From positions 32,001-96,000 of the forward strand of contig CAXXWX010000027.1 in NCBI GenBank assembly GCA_963675745.2: DNA of 64,000 bases. The letters are read 5' to 3'. How positions within the stretch are numbered: the stretch's first letter is position 1; each line of letters starts with the position of its first letter. The position numbers and the translations under genes are program-made. The notes beneath the pieces were generated by a model, which did not search any database, was not told the DNA's origin, and saw only the letters and a program-made list of their open reading frames with translations. Below, piece by piece: positions 29,588 through 40,122 of this stretch. The DNA is from Phycisphaerae bacterium. GTDB lineage: Bacteria; Planctomycetota; Phycisphaerae; UBA1845; Fen-1342.

Positions 29588-30613
29588 ATGCCTAAACGCC
29601 ACGCCGATCAGCCGCCGCTCGAGTGTACGCCGGCGTTCGCCACGTCACTGGCCGGTTTTCGCGTCTTTCAGTCGGTCGAGTGCGGATTGTCGGAGAACAC
29701 CATCCGCTCCTATCGACGTGATCTGATGAAGCTCGGCGATTTTCTGCGGCGGCGCGGCGTTGACGATTGGTCGCTCCTGAGCCACGAGTTGACCCAGGAT
29801 TTTCTGGTGGAGCTGGGCAAATCCGGCTATCGCGAGAGCACATTGGCACGCCACGTCGTGGCCCTGCGCATGTGGCTGCGCTGGTTGCACGAGACCCGGC
29901 AGGTATCAAAAGACTTCACGACACTCGTCGAGTTGCCGAAGCGCGGGCGGCCGCTCCCGCAACCGCTCAATCTCGATCGCACGGTGGATCTGGTGACCTC
30001 GCCGAACCTGGACGGCCCGCTGGGCCTGCGTGACCGCGCGATCCTGGAGCTGTTTTACGCCTGCGGGCTGCGTGTCAGCGAGTTGTGCGGGCTGACCGAG
30101 AATGACGTGAACTTCCGTGTGAACTGTGTGCGCTGCATGGGCAAGGGGCGCCGCGAGCGCGTCGTGCCGCTGGGCAGCAAGGCGCGCGACGCGCTAGAGG
30201 CCTACCTCGAGCACCTGCGTCCCAAGTTGCTGGCACAGGCGCTCAAGGCGGGCACGCTCACGAAGCCACTGACCGCACGCAACGCGAAGCAGATGCCGTT
30301 GTTCCTGTCGCAGCGCGGCGTTCAACTCGAGCGAACCGCCGTGTGGCGCGTGGTCAGGCGCGAGGCGGTAAAGCAGGGAATCCCCGGGAAAGTGAGCCCG
30401 CACACGCTGCGGCACAGTTTTGCCACACACCTGCTCGAAGGCGGCGCCGATCTGCGCGTGGTGCAGGAACTGCTGGGACACACCAGCATCGGAACGACCG
30501 AAATCTACACCCACGTCCAACTGCGCCACCTGCGTGAAGTACACGACCGCTGCCACCCACGCGGCGCCGACGCCTACGCCAACAGACATAAGCGCAACCG
30601 TGAACAAACCTGA
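29588..30613 (+). CDS. xerD: Tyrosine recombinase XerD (XerC/D family)
   Basis: GLSENTIRSYRRDL; RDRAILELFYACGLRVSEL; MGKG; PHTLRHSFATHLLEGGADLRVVQELLGH...TTEIYTHV. Confidence 0.85.
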   Translation: MPKRHADQPPLECTPAFATSLAGFRVFQSVECGLSENTIRSYRRDLMKLGDFLRRRGVDDWSLLSHELTQDFLVELGKSGYRESTLARHVVALRMWLRWLHETRQVSKDFTTLVELPKRGRPLPQPLNLDRTVDLVTSPNLDGPLGLRDRAILELFYACGLRVSELCGLTENDVNFRVNCVRCMGKGRRERVVPLGSKARDALEAYLEHLRPKLLAQALKAGTLTKPLTARNAKQMPLFLSQRGVQLERTAVWRVVRREAVKQGIPGKVSPHTLRHSFATHLLEGGADLRVVQELLGHTSIGTTEIYTHVQLRHLREVHDRCHPRGADAYANRHKRNREQT

Positions 30614-30787
30614 TACTGTGGAGTTTGGTGCGCCGTGGTGTCTGGTGTTATGCGCTACCGTTTGGTGTGAAGTGTAGCGGTCGGCGCCTCGCCGGACATG
30701 ACCGTTGCCGAGTCACACCCACGTCTAACACGAACGTCGGCCGCACTTCGCCGTACACGTGTAACAACGTCGCGCGCCGCTCGCGCG

Positions 30788-32329
30788 TCAATTCACGAAG
30801 AACACCAGCGTCAGCAGCACGAACAACGGGATCAGGATCAGCGCCGAGTAGACCATATAGCCGAAGAAGCTCGGCATCTTCACGCCTGACTGCTCGGCGA
30901 TCGACTTGACCATGAAGTTCGGTCCGTTGCCGATGTAGCTGTTCGCCCCCATGAAGACGGCTCCACAGCTTATCGCATACAGCAGCGCCTCGGAGATGGT
31001 TCGCCCCGACTCGCCGAGCTGCACCAGCGCGCCGGTCTTCGGGAAATTGGGAGAGGCGGCGGTTTCAAAGAAGACGACATATGTCGGAGCGTTGTCGAGG
31101 AAGCTGCTCAGGATGCCGGTGGCCCAGAAGAAGTGCCACGGATTCGAGAGCCCCAGTTCGCTGCCCTTGGCATTCAGGATTTCGATGGGCACCTGCATGG
31201 TTATGAAGATGCCGATGAACAGGCAGGCAACCTCACCGATGGCCACGTAATTGAACTTGTTTTCCTTGCGCAACGCGCCGCCGGTCGTGACCAGCGAGCA
31301 TCCCACCATCAAAAGCTGTACGCCCTCACGCAGGTACATCGGCGGGCGCCATTCCGTCCACGGGAAGTTCTTGGACGGATCGAGCGTGGCCACCGCGAGA
31401 ACCACACCGAGAATCCAGATTACGTTTATCAAGCCGGCCACGCCGAGCGGCGTAATGTCACTGATGTCCCGGGCAATGTCAGCTTGCGTTTCCGTTCTGT
31501 AGGCCCGGGTGTCCCAGACGTAATACACGGCTAGGAGGATACCCAGCATGAACGCCCACTCCTTCCACAGATGCAGCGTCCAGAGGAATGAGACGCCGCG
31601 CAGATATCCGAGGAACAGGGGTGGATCTCCGATCGGCAGCAACGAGCCGCCGATGTTCGCCACGATGAATATGAAGAACACGACCGTGTGTACGACGTGC
31701 TTGCGCTCGCTGTTGGTCTTCAGGAGCAGGCGTATCAGCACCATGGCCGCCCCGGTGGTCCCGATCAGGCTCGCCAACAGGCCGCCGATCGCAATGATCG
31801 TCGTATTGGTCGCGGGTGTGGCGCGAATGTCGCCGCGCACGACGATTCCACCGGCAATCACGTAGAGGGAGAACAGCAGGACAATGAACGGCACATACTC
31901 CTTGAGCACCGCGTGATCGAAGATAGCGAGGACGGTGCTCAGACCGGGCTCAGTGCGGTGGCCCGCATCGTCAGCCGCCGCGGGCTCGGCCGCATGCTCG
32001 GCACCCACGGCGTGGCCGGGGGCCATCGGTTCGGCATGGGGGATCGACGGCGCGTGTGGCTCAGCGTCGACATGCCCGGAGGCGGCAGCCGCTTCGCTGT
32101 GCTGCTCCTCGGCGCCGTGGTGCGGAAAGCCGACGCCGCGAAACTGGTAGTAACACAGCGTAATCACCGCCAGGATGGCGGCGATCAGCAGCTTGCTGGA
32201 GTTCTGCTCCCACCAGTGATGCGTCTGCCGCAGCAGTGGGAGTATCGCGATCGCCAACAAGATCGCGACAAATGGCCATACCCATAACAGGCTGGGTACA
32301 TATCCATCGGCAGCGAGCATGCATATCAT
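30788..32329 (-). CDS. Putative sodium:proton antiporter / ion-transporter superfamily protein with His-rich loop
   Basis: Multi-TM; IGTTGAAM, NIGGSLLPIGDPPLFLG, SSFLDNAPTY, GANSYIGNGPNFMVKSIAE. Confidence 0.82.
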   Translation of the reverse strand: MICMLAADGYVPSLLWVWPFVAILLAIAILPLLRQTHHWWEQNSSKLLIAAILAVITLCYYQFRGVGFPHHGAEEQHSEAAAASGHVDAEPHAPSIPHAEPMAPGHAVGAEHAAEPAAADDAGHRTEPGLSTVLAIFDHAVLKEYVPFIVLLFSLYVIAGGIVVRGDIRATPATNTTIIAIGGLLASLIGTTGAAMVLIRLLLKTNSERKHVVHTVVFFIFIVANIGGSLLPIGDPPLFLGYLRGVSFLWTLHLWKEWAFMLGILLAVYYVWDTRAYRTETQADIARDISDITPLGVAGLINVIWILGVVLAVATLDPSKNFPWTEWRPPMYLREGVQLLMVGCSLVTTGGALRKENKFNYVAIGEVACLFIGIFITMQVPIEILNAKGSELGLSNPWHFFWATGILSSFLDNAPTYVVFFETAASPNFPKTGALVQLGESGRTISEALLYAISCGAVFMGANSYIGNGPNFMVKSIAEQSGVKMPSFFGYMVYSALILIPLFVLLTLVFFVN

Positions 32330-32552
32330 GCTTGATTGTCTCCACCCACAGAGTTGCCGTGTAAACGCCGGTTCGGCTCTCGTGTATTCGCGAGGCCCGG
32401 TCAGGTTCGATCAGGCGGCGGGGCGCAGACCGCACGCCCACCGACTTGCATTCGGAGGCAAAACATCCGATGCTCCGCGCCTGCGGGAGTTTACGCGACC
32501 AACGACGACGTGGCGAGCCACTCGTGTTCGAAACCCGACGAGAAATGTTCAG

Positions 32553-33509
32553 ATGATGCTCTGGGACATCCTCACGCTGATCGGTGGCCTGATCGTCCTG
32601 GGCATTGGCGGCGAAGCACTCGTGCGCGGCGCCAGCGGGCTGGCGCGCAGCCTGGGCATCTCGGCCCTGGTGGTCGGGTTGACCGTCGTGGCGTTCGGGA
32701 CATCCGCCCCCGAATTGGCCGTCTCGGTCACATCCTGCCTGAAAGACCAGGACGCCCTGGCCATCGGCAACGTGGTGGGCAGCAACATTGCCAACGTTCT
32801 GCTGGTGCTCGGGCTGGCGGCACTGGTCAGACCGCTCGCCATCTCCCTCAACGTGCTGCGCGTCGACTCGCCGGTCATGCTCGGATCGGCGTTGCTCTTC
32901 GCGGCATTCTCCCTGGCCGGCGGAGCGGTGCTGCGCTGGCAGGGGGTCGTCCTGCTCGCGGTGCTGATCGCGTATCTATACCTGACCTATGTGCTATCCC
33001 GGCGTGAACCGAGAACCGTCAAGGACGAGTACGATCAAGCTCTCGCACCCGAAGGATCACGCATCCTCCAAATCGTCATGATTCTGGTCGGCCTGGCGGG
33101 TCTGAAGTATGGCGCTGATTTCATTGTCAGCGGCGCGGTCGGGATCGCCGAGCAGTTCAGACTGAGCCCGCGGCTGATCGGCATGACGATTGTGGCCGTC
33201 GGGACCAGCCTGCCTGAGATCGCCACGTGCATCGTTGCCGCCAGGCGCGGTCAGCCCGACATCGCCATCGGCAATATCGTCGGCAGCAACATTTTCAATA
33301 TCCTGTCCGTGATCGGCGTTGCCGCGGTCGTGGCGGCACCGGTCGAAGTAGCGCCGGCGGCGTTGCACTTCGATGTGCCGGTGATGATCGTGACCATGGC
33401 GCTGGCGTGGCCGATGATGTGGACAGGACGCCGGATCACTCGGGGAGAGGGGCTGTTCCTGCTCGCCCTTTATGCCGGCTACCTGATCATGACGGTCCGC
33501 AAGGGTTAA
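32553..33509 (+). CDS. Ca2+/cation antiporter (CaCA, YrbG-like)
   Basis: Two alpha-repeats: GTSAPE...GNVVGSNIAN and GTSLPE...GNIVGSNIFN. Confidence 0.93.
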   Translation: MMLWDILTLIGGLIVLGIGGEALVRGASGLARSLGISALVVGLTVVAFGTSAPELAVSVTSCLKDQDALAIGNVVGSNIANVLLVLGLAALVRPLAISLNVLRVDSPVMLGSALLFAAFSLAGGAVLRWQGVVLLAVLIAYLYLTYVLSRREPRTVKDEYDQALAPEGSRILQIVMILVGLAGLKYGADFIVSGAVGIAEQFRLSPRLIGMTIVAVGTSLPEIATCIVAARRGQPDIAIGNIVGSNIFNILSVIGVAAVVAAPVEVAPAALHFDVPVMIVTMALAWPMMWTGRRITRGEGLFLLALYAGYLIMTVRKG

Positions 33510-33538
33510 CCACGCGGCGCATCGGAACAGCGCTTGCC

Positions 33539-35749
33539 TTACACTGAGTGCTCGAGCGCGCTGGCGATTTCGAGCACCTCGAATTCAACTTCCCGCCCAT
33601 CAATGGTAATCGCCACCCGTTCACCGACGCCGAGGCCCATCAGCTTCTGGGCCACCGGGGCGCGGTAGTTGTAGATGCCCCGGTCGAAATCGGCATCAAA
33701 CGGCCCGAGGAAGGTTATTACCTGTTCGCTGCCGTCGGTGAGGTTGCGCAGCGTCACGCACGTACCGATCTCGATCCGCTCGACGCCGATGCCGCGCGGT
33801 TCGATCGGGACGGCGAGCGACAGCTCGTTGTTGATGTTCGCCAACTGGGCGCGCAGGAAATCTCGCTCCTCGAGCGCGGAGGTGTATTCCGAATTCTCGC
33901 TCAGATCACCCAGGGAGGCAGCATCGCCAATCCGCTTGGCATTCTCGCGCATCTTCACATTGAGGATCTCATCGCGCTCCGCCGTGCGCCGTGCGATGCC
34001 GGCCTCGGTCGCGTAGATGATATTCTCATCTTCCCAGGCCTCGAGACGCCTGGCGGCCGGGCGGACCCACAACGCCGGATGCCGGTCGCGCAGCAGATCG
34101 AGCAACTTCGATAATGTGGTCTCACCCAACCCTTCGATCCGCTCGATCTGACGCTTGAGCGTCACGGCGCGCCCGTAGTCGGTCACGGCAAAGCACTGGC
34201 TGACCTTATCAAAGCGGCGCAGGGCCAAGGCCGCGCGCATGCGCTGGCGGAATTCGCGCACCAGTTTGACATCCGGAGTCAACGAGCGTCCCAAGGCGTA
34301 GAGCGTGTCGAGGATTTCACTGAGGAGAAACTCGTCAGCGTGGACGCGCAACCCCTCACAATCCTGGGGGCCTCTCCAAAGCCAGTACATGATGTCGGGG
34401 TATTGCACTGGGTCATCGAGCGCCCGCTCGATCCACGTCTGGACGGCGTTCAATTCGCCGCCGGCGATGGCATCCTGGGCCAGCCGGTCCAGCATGGCCC
34501 CCGGCGCGGTACCCATGAGTTGCGCCGCATAGCGGGCGCTATCATCCGGATATGCGCTGCGCAACTGCGTCAACGCCGCCTGCCACAGTGCCGCATCGTC
34601 CAGACGGGCGATGAGCTTCACCGGGTCACTGCTGGCGCGCAGCAGCGCCGCCGCTCGCGACCGCGACTCCTCGGTGGCCGGCAAACCCTTGGGCGCCAGC
34701 AGACTGATGATCAGCGCCGCTCCAAGCGCGTCCGACGGATGACGCTGTTTGAGTTCCTCCGCGTTGGCCAGCAACCGCGCGTGCAGGCTCTCCAACAAGT
34801 CGGCGTCTGGCGGTTCCTTATGGCCGGCCTTTTCCCGCAGATAAGTCTCGATGAGCTTCAGCCACTGCCCGGGCTCCCGGGCCCGCTCAAAAGCCTCGAG
34901 CGTCACGTCCTCAACGGTCTGCCCTTCAGCGCACCAACTGAGAATAACCGGCGCGCGGCCCTCCATGTTTATGTGCTTGGCGCGCTTGAGCTTCGCGCGC
35001 GTTTTCGTCCACCACTTTGTCCACGCCTTCGCGTCAAGGTGCCGCGGCACGAGCTCATCCCGCAGCATATCCTGGTCGATGTGTTCGCCGCGCGAGTGCA
35101 ACAAACCGGTGACCAGCGCCACCGGGTCGTGTTCGATCAATTCGACCAGACGCTCGGGCTGCAATTGGCGCAGCACGCGAAAATCGTCGCGATCCACGCG
35201 GTCATAGTTGCGCGCCAGCTCGGCCGCGGGAATCGTCGTCTTACGGGCCTCGCGGTGCAGTGTGAAGAGGCCGTTGGGGCGATCAAGCTCAGCCACCTCG
35301 ACGGCATGATCATCCATCCGGTTGACCAGAAAGTCCCCGACCTCCAGCGTCATGCCCAGATCGAGAATATTGCACGCCACACGATAGGCGCGACCCGTCT
35401 CGAGGCCGGAGGCGGCCAGAATCTGCGCAAACCCCGGGCGGTCGCCATACGCGCGCCGGTAGGCTTCGCACAGCCGTTCGCGCAGCACATTGCTCTGCGG
35501 ATCGCAGGCGATCAGCGCCTTGGCCAGCTCGATATTCCCCAGCGGGTCCGCATCCCAGTTCAGATTCTCAAACACCATCGGACCGAGTGCGACGACCCGT
35601 TGCTGCTCGCCGGCCGCCCGCAGAGCTTCGATAGGCTCGGCGAGATCGCCGGAGCCGAGCTTGCCTTCGGTAAGCAGCTCCAGGCAGCACGTGTCAAAGG
35701 CCCCGTAATCCCCATCCTGGACAAGTCTCAGCAAGCGCGATTTCGACAT
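33539..35749 (-). CDS. greA: GreA/GreB transcription elongation factor with long helical N-terminal extension
   Basis: C-terminal AASLGDLSENSEYTSALEE, IGTCVTL, ITFLGPFD, YRAPVAQKLMG. Confidence 0.85.
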   Translation of the reverse strand: MSKSRLLRLVQDGDYGAFDTCCLELLTEGKLGSGDLAEPIEALRAAGEQQRVVALGPMVFENLNWDADPLGNIELAKALIACDPQSNVLRERLCEAYRRAYGDRPGFAQILAASGLETGRAYRVACNILDLGMTLEVGDFLVNRMDDHAVEVAELDRPNGLFTLHREARKTTIPAAELARNYDRVDRDDFRVLRQLQPERLVELIEHDPVALVTGLLHSRGEHIDQDMLRDELVPRHLDAKAWTKWWTKTRAKLKRAKHINMEGRAPVILSWCAEGQTVEDVTLEAFERAREPGQWLKLIETYLREKAGHKEPPDADLLESLHARLLANAEELKQRHPSDALGAALIISLLAPKGLPATEESRSRAAALLRASSDPVKLIARLDDAALWQAALTQLRSAYPDDSARYAAQLMGTAPGAMLDRLAQDAIAGGELNAVQTWIERALDDPVQYPDIMYWLWRGPQDCEGLRVHADEFLLSEILDTLYALGRSLTPDVKLVREFRQRMRAALALRRFDKVSQCFAVTDYGRAVTLKRQIERIEGLGETTLSKLLDLLRDRHPALWVRPAARRLEAWEDENIIYATEAGIARRTAERDEILNVKMRENAKRIGDAASLGDLSENSEYTSALEERDFLRAQLANINNELSLAVPIEPRGIGVERIEIGTCVTLRNLTDGSEQVITFLGPFDADFDRGIYNYRAPVAQKLMGLGVGERVAITIDGREVEFEVLEIASALEHSV

Positions 35750-35892
35750 CAATTACTCTCGAGAACAAGCGGACCAGATAGCGCCCATATAGCCAATGCG
35801 CCCGGTACCGACGTGCCCGCGCGGGTGCGGCACGCGGCACAGGCAAGACCTGTGACCCTACGGGAAATGGTCCCTCAACGCAACCATGCGCG

Positions 35893-38800
35893 CTACGGCT
35901 GGTCGTCCTCGGCCCGGCGTTTTTCCTGGGCGCGGCGCTTTGCCTTGAGCAGACGCGAGGTGTAATCCGCCTCCGTTGTACGAGGAGCCTTGCGCGTCGG
36001 ACGGGCCACGACCGGCTGGTCGGACTCCGAGGCACCCCCGAGCGCCTCGCTCAATTCCTCGGTCACCTTGGCGTCCGGCTTCGGCGCCTCGTAGCGGGCC
36101 GAGCGGTCCGGCGCTGACCCCGCCTCGCTCGTGCCGGCCGCCGCGTGCTCCTCGCGCAGCCTCTCGCGGGCGCCTTTCAGCGTGGACAGCACGGCGGCAC
36201 TCTCCTCCGCCGGCCGACGTCCGCGACCGAGCTCGGCAATCAGACGTCGCCCCTTGCGCGCGATCTCGATCGGGTTGATCGCGATTCGGCGGACGGCCAC
36301 GTCCAGGAGGAACAGCACCAGCATCAGACGCATCAGGTCTTCCCAGACAGAGGTGCGGGACTCGGCCCGCGCCAGCCCCATACGGTCAAACAAGCTCTCC
36401 GGTCTGGCCGAGTCCACCTGCTGTCCGCCGGTTCGCTGCCGCAATTCCTCGAGCAGCGCCAGGTTGGCGGACAGCTCCTTGTATTCAGGGGAGTAAGCCA
36501 CGGCCAGGCCGGTCTGAATCGAGCCGGAGTGCGCCTGGGCTCCCTGACCCATGCTATAGGCGAGATTGACGACGTAGCTGCCGGCGTCGCGCGCGTCGTA
36601 CTCACCCTCATAGCGCCCAGGCCCCGTCTGCACCAGCCGCAGCTGCTCGACCTGGTTACCGGGCGCGATCAAGGTGCCGGTGACATCCATGAAGTTGATC
36701 GCCTCGGCGTTCTTGTCGAGGGCATCAACGCGGATCTTGGCCTTGCCGCCCTGCACGGTCGTGCTGACGTCGAAAGCCGCCGCCTCTGATTGCCGAGACG
36801 CCCAGCGAACGAGTTGGGCCCAGGTGCTGCCGTAGCGCGGCCAGGCGGTCCAGGCTTCGCCCCAGCGGGGCCACATCCCGCTGGTAAACGCGACCGTCTT
36901 GCCCAGGCCGGCCTGCCAGTGAGCCAGCACCGGGTCCTGTCCCTCATCCGTGTCGCGCACCAACGGCACCTCCGCCAACGGCTTGGCGGTCGTCACAACA
37001 TAGCCGCCCAGCTGCGGAATCGTCTCGCCCGCCAGGCCGGACACCACCGGCGTAAGCGCCGTCTTCAAGCGCGGCGTGAATTTGCCCTCGGCGATCAGCG
37101 AGCGCCGCACGATGCGCGCCTCCTTGATGAAAATCTGCGGCAGCTTGCTGAAGTTGTGGCAAGGATAGTGTTTGCCACCGGTGGCAGCGCCGCGCGCGAT
37201 GGCGGCGGCCTTCTGCACGTCGATCGGGTGCCCGCCCCAGCCAATACTGACCGTCGAGCAGGATATGTTGTTCTGCCGCATTTTCGCCAGCAACTTGGTG
37301 CCGCTACCCGCCGGGCTCAGATCAAACGCCGGGTCGAAATCGGACACCACAATCATGTGCCGGGCGGCGGCATCTTTGCGCTCGATCAGCGAGTCGACGC
37401 CCTGCTTCATCACCGCGTATAAGTCGGGCAGATCCCCCATCGACATCTTCTTGATTCGCTGGATCACCGCGGATTTGTTACCAACCGACTGAAGCGGCAC
37501 GGTCCAGTTCCGATTCTCACCGCCGACCCAATCCCAGGCCAGCACACCGACCAGGTCGCGCGTGCTCAGCGTCTTCACGGCGGCGATCGCGACGCGCTCG
37601 CCGATGTAGTTGCCCTGTGGGATTTCGCAGGCGTGCATGACCAGCACCAGGGCGCCCTTGGGAATCTGCTTCTTGGACTTGACGTCGAAGCTGACGGGCA
37701 TGACTTCCTCAACCGGGCTGCCCATCCAGCCACCCGCGCCGAACGAGTCATCACCGCCAATCATCATCAAACCGCCGCCCAACTCGCGCACATACAGCGC
37801 CAGGCTTTCCTGCTCGTCCTCCACCAGCAGGTTGGCGGGCACGTTATCGAGGATCACCAGCGAGTAGGTAATCAGGCGGTCTTGTGTCAGCGGCTGCTCA
37901 CCGGCCAACTCGATCTCGCTCTCGAGCTTTTCACGCTTCAGCGCCGCGCGCAGAATCTCGGACGACTCCCAGTTGCGCTCGGTCGTCACAATCAGCACCA
38001 TCCCCTGTCCCGACACAACCGTGAAGGCACGGCCCTCGTTGTTGGCCGAAATGACGTCGGCGCTGGTGTCGGCGGGTTCGAAAACCGCGCGAAAGCGGTG
38101 CGCGCCGGCCACGCGCAGCGGCACCGGAATCTTCAGTGCGTTGGGGCCGGGGTTAAGCTCAACCGGGTAGCCGGCGCCGAGCGGGCCGAGCGGTACCAGC
38201 CGGCCATTGTGATAAAGGTTGATACGTCCGCGGACAGGCTGCGGCGCGTTCGAACGCAGCACCATCCGCAGGTTGATCGTCTCATCCACCGCGGCGGTTG
38301 GCGGCGCGCGCAACTGCTCGAAGACCACTTCGCGCTCGTGTTCATAGATCAATGGGATCACGTCGATCGGCACGCCGGTCGAGGCCACCTGCTTGACCTC
38401 GTCCATCACCTTGCCGACGTTCTCGTTTCCATCCGAGAGTACGACCAGGCGGCGCATGGTGTCGCTGGTGAACATGGCCAGTGCCAGCCGAACCGCCGAC
38501 GCCATGTCGGTCTGGTCGGGCGCCAGCGGGTCGGCGATGCCTTTGACTTTCACCTCCGGCGCCGGGAGTTGCTCGATAGCGCTGCGCCCGTCGAACGCAA
38601 TCAGCCCGATACGGTCAGCCGGCCGCGCGCCGGCCTGGGACTGCTTGACGAGTTCGAAAGCGCGCTCCTGTAACTCCCGCGGGACACTGCTTGAGCGGTC
38701 GATCAGGAAGATGACCGACAGGTTGTCGTTGGATTTGACGCGCTGCATCCCCGCCAGCGCCAGCGCCATCAGCGCCAACACGACGCACCGCGCGATCAGG

Positions 38801-38937
38801 GCTACAACCCGCCGCGCCGGCCCCAGCCCGGCGAGCGATCGGTATGAGAGCGCGATCAGCACCGGTACCAGCAGCAACAGCAACAGGTATGCCGGCTTCT
38901 CGAACCGCACGAATGCCAACACGAGCCCATCCGCCAT
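35893..38937 (-). CDS. Membrane-anchored protein with two VWA domains and a glutamine-amidotransferase-like domain
   Basis: BatA-like N-terminal TM; IDRSSSV (MIDAS-like), VLSDGNEN; GGGLMMIGGDDSFGAGGW; second VWA (VSDFDP); WQAGLGKTVAFTS; C-terminal TM LDVAVRR. Confidence 0.85.
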   Translation of the reverse strand: MADGLVLAFVRFEKPAYLLLLLLVPVLIALSYRSLAGLGPARRVVALIARCVVLALMALALAGMQRVKSNDNLSVIFLIDRSSSVPRELQERAFELVKQSQAGARPADRIGLIAFDGRSAIEQLPAPEVKVKGIADPLAPDQTDMASAVRLALAMFTSDTMRRLVVLSDGNENVGKVMDEVKQVASTGVPIDVIPLIYEHEREVVFEQLRAPPTAAVDETINLRMVLRSNAPQPVRGRINLYHNGRLVPLGPLGAGYPVELNPGPNALKIPVPLRVAGAHRFRAVFEPADTSADVISANNEGRAFTVVSGQGMVLIVTTERNWESSEILRAALKREKLESEIELAGEQPLTQDRLITYSLVILDNVPANLLVEDEQESLALYVRELGGGLMMIGGDDSFGAGGWMGSPVEEVMPVSFDVKSKKQIPKGALVLVMHACEIPQGNYIGERVAIAAVKTLSTRDLVGVLAWDWVGGENRNWTVPLQSVGNKSAVIQRIKKMSMGDLPDLYAVMKQGVDSLIERKDAAARHMIVVSDFDPAFDLSPAGSGTKLLAKMRQNNISCSTVSIGWGGHPIDVQKAAAIARGAATGGKHYPCHNFSKLPQIFIKEARIVRRSLIAEGKFTPRLKTALTPVVSGLAGETIPQLGGYVVTTAKPLAEVPLVRDTDEGQDPVLAHWQAGLGKTVAFTSGMWPRWGEAWTAWPRYGSTWAQLVRWASRQSEAAAFDVSTTVQGGKAKIRVDALDKNAEAINFMDVTGTLIAPGNQVEQLRLVQTGPGRYEGEYDARDAGSYVVNLAYSMGQGAQAHSGSIQTGLAVAYSPEYKELSANLALLEELRQRTGGQQVDSARPESLFDRMGLARAESRTSVWEDLMRLMLVLFLLDVAVRRIAINPIEIARKGRRLIAELGRGRRPAEESAAVLSTLKGARERLREEHAAAGTSEAGSAPDRSARYEAPKPDAKVTEELSEALGGASESDQPVVARPTRKAPRTTEADYTSRLLKAKRRAQEKRRAEDDQP

Positions 38938-39002
38938 GCTGATAGCTTAACGCCCGGCGCGACTGATAGGGAAGCCGGCGCGCAAAAACGCCGCCTGAGG
39001 AT

Positions 39003-39998
39003 TCAGGGATCCGAAGGTGCAGCCGGTGCCGACAGGTTGGGGTCGGATTCGCCGGTTTGATCCGGCATGGACCAGGTGCGCTGGCGACGACCGGCAATCA
39101 CTTGGGCGCGGTTGTTGGCCGAATCGACGATGAGAATGTCGTCGCCCGGCAGGACCGCCACCCCCCACGGGGCCGCCAACTGCCCCGGTTCGCGCCCGGC
39201 GGTGCCCCAGGTGCCCAGCGACTCGCCTGACGCCGACAGCCTCTGCACGCGGTTGTTCCCGTATTCGGCGACAACGAGCGTGCCGTCCGAGAGCATGTCG
39301 ATGCCGTACGGAAAGCGGAATTCGCCCTGCCGACGGCCCTCATGCCCGAAGGTGCTCAACAAATGCCCAGCGCTATCGAAGCGGCAAATGCGGTGCTGGC
39401 AGGCGTCCGCGACCCACAAAGTGTCATCCGGCCCCATAAGCAGCCCTTGTGGACGCGCCAGCTTCGCATCCCCACCGTCGGGCCCGCCAAAGCTGAAGAG
39501 GTATTCGAGGCCGGGCGTGAACTTGCTGATGCGGTCATTGCCGCCGTACTCACCCACATAGATGTTTCCGTGCGAATCAAATGCGACATCGGTGGGCAGC
39601 AGGAATTGTCCGTCGCCGCGCCCGGATGTACCGAACCGCGTCAGTTCGCGGCCATCCGCATCGTAGACCAGCACGCGTGCGTAGTGTGTGTCGGGCACGA
39701 ATACGCGACCGTCCGGCGCAACGGCCAACCCCACCGGTTTCCCGGCCGAGAACTCCGGTAGAGACCACTCGAGCTGATACCGGCCGCGCAGATCAAAACA
39801 CTGAACGCGGGCCGATTTATCCACGACGTATATGCGTTTACTGTGGGCCGCCGCGGCGCGCGGATAGTTGAACTCACCCGGCGCGTTCCCGCCACGGCCA
39901 AAAACCAGCGTTGGCGCCGCCGCGTTTCCGACGCCGTCACCACAGCCACCCGCCAGCGCGCCCAGCACCGCGGCAAAGGTAAGCCACACAGTTTTCAT
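39003..39998 (-). CDS. NHL-repeat beta-propeller lipoprotein
   Basis: Lipobox LAGG-C; six repeats G.F..P.G/D.A.D..G..YV.D..N.R..F. Confidence 0.88.
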   Translation of the reverse strand: MKTVWLTFAAVLGALAGGCGDGVGNAAAPTLVFGRGGNAPGEFNYPRAAAAHSKRIYVVDKSARVQCFDLRGRYQLEWSLPEFSAGKPVGLAVAPDGRVFVPDTHYARVLVYDADGRELTRFGTSGRGDGQFLLPTDVAFDSHGNIYVGEYGGNDRISKFTPGLEYLFSFGGPDGGDAKLARPQGLLMGPDDTLWVADACQHRICRFDSAGHLLSTFGHEGRRQGEFRFPYGIDMLSDGTLVVAEYGNNRVQRLSASGESLGTWGTAGREPGQLAAPWGVAVLPGDDILIVDSANNRAQVIAGRRQRTWSMPDQTGESDPNLSAPAAPSDP

Positions 39999-40122
39999 AT
40001 GCGTGATGGCCCGAGTATTTGGCACGGCGCTGGCCGGCAGTCCGGACAACGTTGAACCCTCGCTCGGCGAAACCCTCGGCGTGCCGGACCATGCTCAGCG
40101 GCGAGTCCAGCGCCTGCCGCCG

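Noticed and set aside
29588..30613. Tyrosine recombinase as a phage or island integrase
   Set aside because: XerD-type motifs, housekeeping context, no phage genes or att sites
34340..35965. 541-aa + strand ORF
   Set aside because: Antisense shadow of greA, typical of high-GC DNA
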